DNA of 63,942 bases, filler included, from Lenisia limosa (taxonomy: Eukaryota; Protista; Breviatea): the NCBI GenBank assembly GCA_001655205.1. It is 11 parts of 11 records of this genome, joined end to end, with 100 filler letters (N's around TTAATTAATTAA, not from the genome) between each part and the next. Parts side by side here need not be neighbours in the genome. Positions count along the whole stretch, not along the records: positions 48,108 to 57,399 come from LPNZ01005222.1; positions 57,500 to 60,169 come from LPNZ01003445.1; 9 more parts are not named here. The stretch is one strand, 5' to 3'. This document shows, one piece after another, positions 48,216-57,747 of this stretch. The translations under genes and the position numbers were made by a program. Under the pieces are notes generated by a model. The model saw only the letters and a list, made by a program, of their open reading frames with translations. It was not told the DNA's origin and searched no databases. How positions within the stretch are numbered: position 1 is the first letter of the stretch; each line of letters starts with the position of its first letter.

Positions 48216-51200
48216 TTACGACTGCGCCAACAGGTACCGGAGACGGCGTTCGTACGGCTGCAGGGTAAAGGAAATGCTCCGTCTCATTAAAAAATGGCTT
48301 GATATTTTCAAAAAAAAAGGTGATAAAAGTGATGTTTTAATATTAAAGGAGAGAGTAGCTCACTTAAAAATATAATAACAATATCGATTAAGAAGATAAA
48401 CCGTGATAGGGCTCAAGGAAATATGGCTCCTCAAACATGGAACTTCAGCGGTGTGGGTGATGGCGGTCATTTTCGGCTGCTGCGGCGAGTGTGACATAAA
48501 ACTACTTTCCTTTTTCGGCTTCTTCTGAGGGGAGACAAAAGGAAGCTTGGAAGTTTGAAATCTTTTTGGTGAAGTAAGGGAGTCAATAACATGGCCCGGA
48601 AGTTGTGGAGCGGTCCGACCAGAGAATGCAGGTGAATTAGATGATAAGGAGCTGGACGGCGGCTGGGAGGAGATCCGGCCGCTTTGCTTATTGAAGGAAA
48701 TGGGTGGACTCAGTGGCTGATGTGCGAGAGCCGGCGACAGCATGTTCCGCGGCAGAATTGTACCGCCACAATCGCTTTCGTCCGTGTCGGATACAAACAT
48801 TTCAGCTACATTGAAGCAGGTCGAAGATGGCTCAGAAGGGTTGCGCGTTGAGCGCTGAGATAAGCGCGGTTTGGGGAGTTGCGACTGGCTCCGAGCAACG
48901 GCACATACTGAATTAGGTATGTATTGTGTGGAATGTTTGGAGGTGGCTGGTGCATCGGATGGATTGCTAATGGAAACCCCAGGAGAATTAGTGGATGTTT
49001 CTTTCTTTGGGGAGGTCTTTGGTGTAGATTTTTGCGACTTGCTCGGTGGAGGAGAGAGACACTGACTGGCAATATGAGCCGGAAGGGGTATCGTGATTTT
49101 GGAGGGCTTTCGACGAAGAGTATTCGACTTCACAACTGCCTTATTATGAACTTGAGAAAAGGGGGTCATCTCATTAGGAAGTTGGGAAGAGGAGAGTACT
49201 TCCTCGTTTGGAAGTTGAGCAGCGAGGAAATTTGTCTGATTCTGAAGATGCTTCAGGGAGACTTCCTGTTTCGCCACACCAATTTCCAGAGGGCTAGGCG
49301 ATCTTGAAAAGGGTCGTTTACTTGGGAGTCGCTGGAGTTGCGGCGGGGTGTGAGGGAAATAGGAGGGGAACGGTGGAGAGGCGGGAATGGGACTGCTTCG
49401 AACTAACTGCTCCTTTTCTTTCCTTCGATCTTCTGCTTTTTTCATTTCTTCATCCTTTTTCTCTTGAGCTTCAGCGCCTTCTTTCCTTCTTATTTCTTCC
49501 ATTATTTTAACTTCTTCTTCTCTTTTTAACTTCTCTATTCTCTTCTTTTCTCCTTCCTTCCTCACCTTTTCTTCTGCTTTTCTCACTTCCTCTTCTCTTT
49601 TCTTATTCTCCTCATTCTTTCTCCTCTCTTCTTCTTTCATTTTCATCTTTTCATTCCTTCTCTTCTCTTCTTCTTTCCTTTTCTCTTCTTCCCTCTCTAG
49701 CTTCATCTTCCTGAGCTCCTCACTTCTCATTTCCATCATTTGGCTGCGCTGGTCTTCGCGTATGTGCGTTGTCCGCTCATTCTTGGCACGAGCTTCAAGG
49801 AACCTCTGCTGCCGTACTGCCTGCTCGAGGCCTTTCGAAAGGTCTGCAGACATCCAAGGCCAAATACTACTCCGCCACTTACTGTCAGAAGCCCCGGCGG
49901 CGGACTGTGTGAACGACTCTAGCGATGCCGTATCCGTAAACACAGCTCGGGTAAGCAGGTCGGAATCGGGGAGGTTGAGCACAGGTGGAGCTTCAATCGC
50001 GGCGGAACTATCTGGAACAGCCAATACAGTAGGTGTGGCGATTGGCCGGGGTATAAGGGGGCCAGGAGTTTGAGACAGCGACCGTGTTCGGAACATTTCG
50101 ACGGGGTATGATGGGTCAGGAATGTGGGAAAATGGCTTGGGTGGCTGGTTGCTTTGATTTGTTTCTTCGACTTGTGTGAGTGGAGGTGAGAGAGATGGGA
50201 GAGCCATCCAGGTAATGGCTTTGTCACAGGGGCGTGAAGGTGATGATGCTCGTTCAAAGACTCTTCTGTGGGGAGGGGGGTNNNNNNNNNNNNNNNNNNN
50301 NNNNNNNNNNNNNNNNNNNNNNNNNNNNNNNNNNNNNNNNNNNNNNNNNNNNNNNNNNNNNNNNNNNNNNNNCTCTGTTGGAAGGGAGGAGGGAAAAGAG
50401 AGAAATGAGCGAGAGAAAAAAGAGAGAAATGAGCGAGAGAAAAAAGAGAGAGGTAAGAAGCTACTGCGATTCGTAATAAAAAGTGGATATTTGGGTATTT
50501 AACCATCTTATCAGGCCAAAACCATTTAAAGATAGACATATTATATCCTTCTGTATAGACCCCCGAAGTAAATACTCGTGAATATACATTTATTTAAATG
50601 TACATAAAGAATTACATAGAGAAATTCACACAAAACAAAAGAATTGAAGAGCCAACAAACCGAATTTTATCATCTCTAAAAAAAAGCAGGATCTCAACCC
50701 AGAAAAAAATCCTGCCTTCACACAGTTAGTCCAGACAGGCAGAAAAGAGAAATATAGGTAGCCGAAGCCATAAAGCCATCAACTGTGAAACATATAATCA
50801 TATATATACGTATTCCTGATACTTTCCCAATGTCAAACATTTCCTGTCCCTTACGCTGGATTTGGCGAAGATATCCTGTCGAAAGTGAACTCTGGCTCAT
50901 TGTTATCGTCACTGTCACTCTCCATTGGAATCGAAGAAACTGAGTACCTAAGGGGTAGGATGATAGGCGTATGAGAGAAAACGAACACTCATCATATCGA
51001 GCATATGATATACTTAAAAACATTTCATTACATATAATATATCAAATGGATATAATGGAGCACTGGTTATGGGAAATCAGCTCACTGATTGAGCGCGCCG
51101 AAACCTCCACCGTGTCCGCCAGACTTGGGCTGTGATACCGTGCTGGGTGAAGGAATCTCAGTATCCATCTACAGAGTCAACCAAGAGAAAAATCTGAAGA

Positions 51201-54200
51201 AGATATCTCCAGTTCTACAGTCCCCCCAGACAGGGAAGGACGAAATATTGAACTGAGAGGGTGGAGCTAGGCACTCAAGGGCTGTTTCTACCATAGGCTC
51301 TACAGAGGTTACATGCGTAGAAAAACAATTCCATCACTTAGAAGTCAAAATGGAAGGTTATACATCAATGAAAAAAAAGAGAACTTTCAATATTCATCAA
51401 TATTTCAGTATTCCAGGTCCTTCACCTCAGGCTTTGAAATGTCTCTTTGCAACTTGTCCTATGTTTATACTACCATATCATATGATATCATACGATACTA
51501 TTTGATGTAGTATAATATCATATGATATGAAATAACATACCAGGCGGTTCTTCGTATCCAGGGGAGAAGGCCAGGGCTTCGGGTGCGGGAATTGGGATCT
51601 AAAAAGGTTAGAATTTTGTTGTTCAAACAGTGTAAGATAATAGGGTTTTGGTTGGAAAGGTAAGGTCGCCAAATCTATTACGCAAGTTGAGTAACGCCAA
51701 ACTACACTCATCATAGGGTGCTTTTGATGAATTTTTATATACTTTTCCCAGAATTCCATCTGTGCACCCCCCCCCCCTCACAAGTTCGTCTTCCGACTCC
51801 TGCTTCTCTTTGTCCCCTTCATTATCCTTGTCTTTGGAATTCGCGCCTTTCTTCCTTTGTCGCTTGGCTGGTTGCTGATTGGAGTAAAATAATCAAGAAC
51901 TATTTGCACAATTTATTGAAAGGGCTAGAAGAAATAAAGACAAACCTAAGTTGCTTATAAATGCTTACCCTTCGCTTGACTGGTGTTGGTGGGAGAAACG
52001 AGGGAAGAATCGAGGGGTCCTGAAGGATTAGAAAAAGCAACAGGGGCATAAAAACAAACAAAACATAACAAAATAAAATTGAGAAGATGGATGAATATTT
52101 TCTTTTGATGCTTCAGCTATTTCACATCTCCCTTTACCCCTCATACATGACGTAGACGTGCAGCAAAGGAAGACACGGCATTGAGAACTTGAAAGTTGCG
52201 TGACTTCGGGTTTCTTGAGAGCGATATCGGAAGGTTCATCAGGTTAATTGCAGGGACTAAAAATGGTGAATCTTCGTCATTGTTGAACAATAAAACAAAC
52301 TGATTGGATCATAAAAGTCAGTACCAAAAGGCCCGACTTTACTGTTAAAAATCAGCCAAACACCCACCCGCAGCCATTCCTCCAGGGGGCAGCTTAGTGG
52401 CCAACCAATCTTCAGCCTGGAGTTTGTTATCATGCGGACGCTCAGAAATTAAACGGAAATTGCAGCTATATATCTGATCTATGCAGGCAATTGGAGCTAT
52501 ATATCTGATCTATGTATGATGTATCCATACTGTAATTATACTCTAACATCACCAAATCCTCTCTTCCGTTTTGTTTTTGTGTGAATTTTCTCTCCAAATT
52601 CCGGATCACCCTCCACTCTTTCACTTCAAATCGCCCATTACCATTACAGCGGCTTNNNNNNNNNNNNNNNNNNNNNNNNNNNNNNNNNNNNNNNNNNNNN
52701 NNNNNNNNNNNNNNNNNNNNNNNNNNNNNNNNNNNNNNNNNNNNNNNNNNNNNNNNNNNNNNNNNNNCTTTTTTGGGCTTAGCAACCATGGGAGAGAGAG
52801 CAATCATTTTCTCGGTAAAAACCGGGTTGACACCAGGGGGAATCTGGGGCGTGTTAAATGCAGAATCTTTCAGCCCTCATCCGCCGGCTGGAGTACTGGG
52901 AATGGCGGTAATTACATTTCAATGAGAAATAAAAAATATCAGGCAGTGGCCGTCCANNNNNNNNNNNNNNNNNNNNNNNNNNNNNNNNNNCTCCATAGCT
53001 CTCCATCGACAGTCGTAGCATTTACAATCAAGTAGATATTCAATTTGCCCGAAGTGAATCTGAGATCGGAATGGTTGGAAGTGCACAAACCATGAGGGGA
53101 GGATTGCGGAAGAAGAGGAAGTTCTTCGTATTCTTCAGCATTTTGTTCACCTGAGGGAGGGGGGGGGGGAGTAAAACGAAGGAAATTTCGGNNNNNNNNN
53201 NNNNNNNNNNNNNNNNNNNNNNNNNNNNNNNNNNNNNNNNNNNNNNNNNNNNNNNNNNNNNNNNNNNNNNNNNNNNNTAATCTGAAATTCTAAACAAAAA
53301 ACAAAAAATAAGCAATAACAAACACGAGCAAACAACGCTAAAACTAGACAAAAGCCAGATGACAAAAAGGGGGGTGAGAGGGGGAAAACACTAATAAAGA
53401 CCATAGAAGAGAGAAAAAAAAATTATTACCTTGTGTACCCATTGAGACAAGGGTAACAGTCTAGGCTTCCCTTCGGTCCGAAAAGACCGGTAAAATATCA
53501 ATATTTATCGAGGATTTATCAAGAAATTGAGTCTTTGTTTGGAACTATATATTCCCGAACCGAAGTGAAGCCTTAGATCCCACCAGCATCTCACCTGCTT
53601 GGCTTTGAGCAAGGCTGTTTCGTACTTCTTCACCTCATCACCCTCAGTTAGCAGCATTATAACTCGGCCGTCTCGTTTACGTCCTGTTCGTCCCTGTCTT
53701 TGTACCATTCTGGAGGAGGGAGTGAAATGAAGGACAATTTTGATGAAGAATACTGGTGTACNNNNNNNNNNNNNNNNNNNNNNNNNNNNNNNNNNNNNNN
53801 NNNNNNNNNNNNNNNNNNNACTATAATAAATTATTCATGAAACAAAAAAAAACAGAATCAACTCTGTTGGCTTGCATTTGAGAAACACACAAGGGTTAAA
53901 AACAACAAAACAAAGAGAGAGGGGGTAACGAATTGTGGTGCAGCATTGTTCCTTCTGAAAAAAGAGTATGTCATTGGTTTCGCTCCGGTCCGAAAACGAC
54001 CAGTAAAATATCGAGAAATTCAGTCTTTTCGGAGCGATATGAAGTTCAAGTCATATTAGGGCTTCACTTCGGTTCGAAAAAGACTGATAAAATATCGAAG
54101 ATTTTTCGAATATTTACCGAGGAATTCAGTCTTTTTTTGAACCGATGTGAAGTTCAAGTCCTAATCCTTAGATCTGCGATCCTTTTAAAACCCCCACAGA

Positions 54201-57199
54201 CCTGGCAGGAGAGGCAGTGGCGTCAAAACAGACCAAAAGGTCGACTTCTCCAATGTCAAGTCCTATGTAATCATTTTCAAATCGTATTTTTGTTTGTTAT
54301 GCAGAAAAGATATAATAAGTGAATCAGATCAACCATGCGGTTATGCAGAAAAGATATAAGTGAATCAGATCAACCATGCGGTTAAGCAGAAAAGTGAAAT
54401 TAAAAACAGTATCAGGCCAAGGTATAATATCTTGTTTATATTTTTGGAACAGGTCAATTGGAAATAATAGGTTTTTCGAAGATTTCAGTCTCTTTTTGGA
54501 ACGAAGTGAAACCCTCAGTGCAATTAACTCAAAGAAATTTTGCGATTCAAGGTGGAAAAAAATGCAAAACAAAAACGAAAAGCAAACTTGAAGAAGATTG
54601 TGATCTTCTGGATTCCATGCCCTCAAACCTTCCTCAGCAATACATGTGGCAACAAGTGTGTTATACACGCCCTCTTTGAACTTCTTCAGGGTAGCTATCT
54701 GCTCTTTTTGCCTCATGCCTTTTCCACTGTGATTTGCAGCCTGACCCGTGAAGGCGATGGGCTGGGCGGTTAAAGAAAAAAAANNNNNNNNNNNNNNNNN
54801 NNNNNNNNNNNNNNNNNNNNNNNNNNNNNNNNNNNNNNNNNNNNNNNNNNNNNNNNNNNNCCCATCCATACCTTGATAGCAGGGTTCTTGCACATGACCT
54901 TGACAATCTGTTCCACTGAGTCTCTTATTTGGCTGAACACCATGACTCTTGTGTCTGGAGGATGGGTTCCTAAAAGGGGACATAAAGGGACCGAGAATAT
55001 ACGCTATGATACACAATAATACTCTAAAAAAGAAAGAAATAATCCCCAAATCAGGATCAAAATATCAATTATTGAAATAAATAAAATTTTATTTCTTTTG
55101 CCATAATAGAATGAAAAGAATCATGGATATTTACCCCACCGAAATGCTCTGTAATGACTTCCTCGAGTTTGACTATTTTGGGATGAAGCCCATCTAAAGT
55201 ATTAAATCATATTTAAAAAATAGAACATGCTTTGGTCTGTAGTCTTAAAGGTTACACTTACGGATAAAACATCGATATTTATCGAGGATTTATTGAGAAA
55301 TTTTGTCAGACCTTCGCCTTTGCCCTCCAGCTCAGCGGCCTGTAGAAGATCCTGGTACGTCTACATAGTTACTAAATGGAGGGCTTTGCANNNNNNNNNN
55401 NNNNNNNNNNNNNNNNNNNNNNNNNNNNNNNNNNNNNNNNNNNNNNNNNNNNNNNNNNNNNNNNNNNNNNNNNNNNNNNNNNNNNNNNNNNNNNNNNNNN
55501 NNNNNNNNNNNNNNNNNNNNNNNNNNNNNNNNNNNNNNNNNNNNNNNNNNNNNNNNNNNNNNNNNNNNNNCTCCCCCGGCACCTTGGTCCAATTGCCTCT
55601 CCCCCCCGGCACCTTGGTCCAATTGCCTCTCCCCCGGCACTTTGGTCCACTTGCCTCTCCCCAGGCACCTTGGTCTTAGCAAAAGCTGATTTCGCGCCAT
55701 TAGTCCTGAAAGACGTGAGGATTAATGTTGTACTAGAATTGAGGTTAACAAATCAATTATGATCATAGTACTAGAATTGCCTCCTTCCAACCAGAAGTAA
55801 AGCACAACAATTTACAAAAACGTATTTCAAGATACTATAAAAGATGTGTCAAAAAATTATTCCATTCAGTCCCATAAAAGTCCAAATGTCCGGATAAGCA
55901 AAGATATTCTGTCAGTCCGAAATCAGTCATTTCGGACCAACATGCCCCCCACCGTTTCCCTGCTGCCGGCGTTGCAGTAAACTTCTTGAGGGCCATTATG
56001 AAGGGCACAAGGCCGCTGACGGCCAGGGTCTTCTGTGATTTATGAGAAAACATGCGAGTAATATTATGTACCAGATAGCACTGGAAAAACGCGATATTCC
56101 TTCGAAATCAACGGTCAGGAGTCAATTTGGAATCAGATTACACCAAAAAACATCACACAATAAAAGGTTCACTATTGTTTTAGGAATCCACATCACAATC
56201 GGAACTGAAAACCCCAAGAAAAAAAGAGCACAAAGAATATGTACCTCAGCTATGTTGTGTTAACTTTTATTAATAGAAATGAGAAATCGTATCTGACCGA
56301 AGCCGTCCACACCTTCACATTTATCAGAGATATTGGATAATAGTATAATATTAATTCACCCAATCATTTGCCTTACAACTCTGTACACACAGCTTTCTGC
56401 GTGCCTAAGAATAATAATCGAGGGGTGCAGCCATCCACCCACTTTGCAAGATAAAAGGCTTGACGCAAGGCCGAATTGGGAGAGTGCCTTGCCCCTCTCA
56501 GCATCTTTCACTGAAAAGTGAATAGTTTTAAAAAATAGTCACGCTTTTCGTAGAGAACATATCTCGGTTCTTTCTTTGGAGCTAAAGTGAAAGTTACTGA
56601 AATGACTGTCATTTATTAGAGCTTCCTTTCCGGTTCCACTAAGACTGAATTCGATAATCTTCGAGAAGATATCTTAGGGTGAAGAAGCGGAATCGTAGTG
56701 ATTTGATGGTGCCCCTGTGTATTTATTTGTTTCTCCCAATTGTATTTCACGAATATCATTGTCACTCTCAGATTACGTAACCTTCATACTTGCTCGCCCT
56801 CCGCCTTTCATCAGATTCTGCATCTCCATGATGACAATTCCAGAAGAAATCTAAACTATTATCGGAAAAACAGTGCGTTGTAATGACGTAACTGAAAGTG
56901 ACTCTTTTAGATATTGGAATAAAGCAGCATGACGACCAAAGTAGTTATCGATGAATATTGCTATTTCTCTCTTGCACGGAGTTTAAGGGAAGTAAGTGAA
57001 TAAATACTGTCAAAGCCTTTTAGCTTAATGAGCTCTTTTCTCTACACTACCCTTTCATCCCACCTCCTCGTATGTTTTGTGAGACCGGAGTGCATTGATG
57101 CCTTGGAGGTACGTTATAGGCCCCTTGATGGACTCGTTCAAAAGCGCAATCACTCGCTTCATTGCCCCCGATAGCGGAACTTGGAAGACTTCAATTTTC
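48216..57199 (-). CDS. FANCM: FANCM/Mph1/Hef-family DNA helicase, 5' partial (N-terminal DEAH motifs beyond the linker gap), with a long low-complexity C-terminus
   Basis: RKIEVFQVPLSG; DTRVMVFSQIRDSVEQIV; FTGQAANHSGKGMRQKEQIATLKKFKEGVYNTLVATCIAEEG|LDIGEVDLLVCFDATASPAR|MVQRQGRTGRKRDGRVIMLLTEGDE (helicase motifs IV-VI in FANCM form). Large exon ~48430-50265. The 3' end is uncertain. Confidence 0.88.
53151..53365 (-). mobile_element. Family C module at a FANCM acceptor
   Basis: atctggcttttgtctagttttagcgttgtttgctcgtgtttgttattg...agaatttcagatta N ccgaaatttccttcgttttactccccccccctccctcAG. Confidence 0.8.
53461..53576. mobile_element. MITE family B copy
   Basis: ctaggcttcccttcggtccgaaaagaccggtaaaatatc...gaaccgaagtgaagccttag. 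Confidence 0.85.
53710..53915 (-). mobile_element. Family A+C copy at a FANCM acceptor
   Basis: ctttgttttgttgtttttaacccttgtgtgtttctcaaatgcaagccaacagagttgattctg...N...cagtattcttcatcaaaattgtccttcatttcactccctcctccAG. Confidence 0.8.
53975..54155. mobile_element. Two adjacent MITE family B copies
   Basis: ccggtccgaaaacgaccagtaaaatatcgag...gatatgaagttcaag, then tagggcttcacttcggttcgaaaaagactga...gaaccgatgtgaagttcaag. Confidence 0.8.
55571..55677. repeat. 27-30 bp GC-rich minisatellite, ~4 visible units, continuing into a gap
   Basis: ctcccccggcac(c/t)ttggtcca(a/c)ttgcct repeated with no spacers. Confidence 0.9.
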
Positions 57200-57747
57200 C
57201 TAGGATATTAGAAAAAATGAAATGAGGGATTAGTTCTCAATAAAGGTGGCTGGCTGTTTTTTTGGAAAATCTTTCCATGATAAAGAACGCAGAGATTGTT
57301 GGAAGCAATGGAGAGACGTAAACTTCTGAATTCAAACTTCCCCTTACTTGCCATCAATGTAAAGACAGACCACCCCTTACTTGCCATCAATGTAAAGACN
57401 NNNNNNNNNNNNNNNNNNNNNNNNNNNNNNNNNNNNNNNNNNNTTAATTAATTAANNNNNNNNNNNNNNNNNNNNNNNNNNNNNNNNNNNNNNNNNNNNC
57501 GGAATATCCACTGGCAGCTGGTCTCATAAGAGTATTGCAATGGGTGGGTGGTGGATGTGGTGATGACGTAGTTAACACACTTTTCTTTTCGATCGCATGT
57601 GTTTCATTTTCTTTTCTATTAGCTTTCCTGTGTTTTTCCAAAACCTTCATGTTTATTGCAATGCTATCCAACTTGTATGTTGCTCAAGAGCAAAGTTGTT
57701 TTTTCAGTTTCGTAACTTTTCATGTTAACCCCCGCCCTCCCCCTCAG

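Noticed and set aside
55571-55677. Possible CRISPR array (27-30 bp repeats)
   Set aside because: The units are contiguous with no unique spacers, there are no cas genes, and it lies in a eukaryotic intron.
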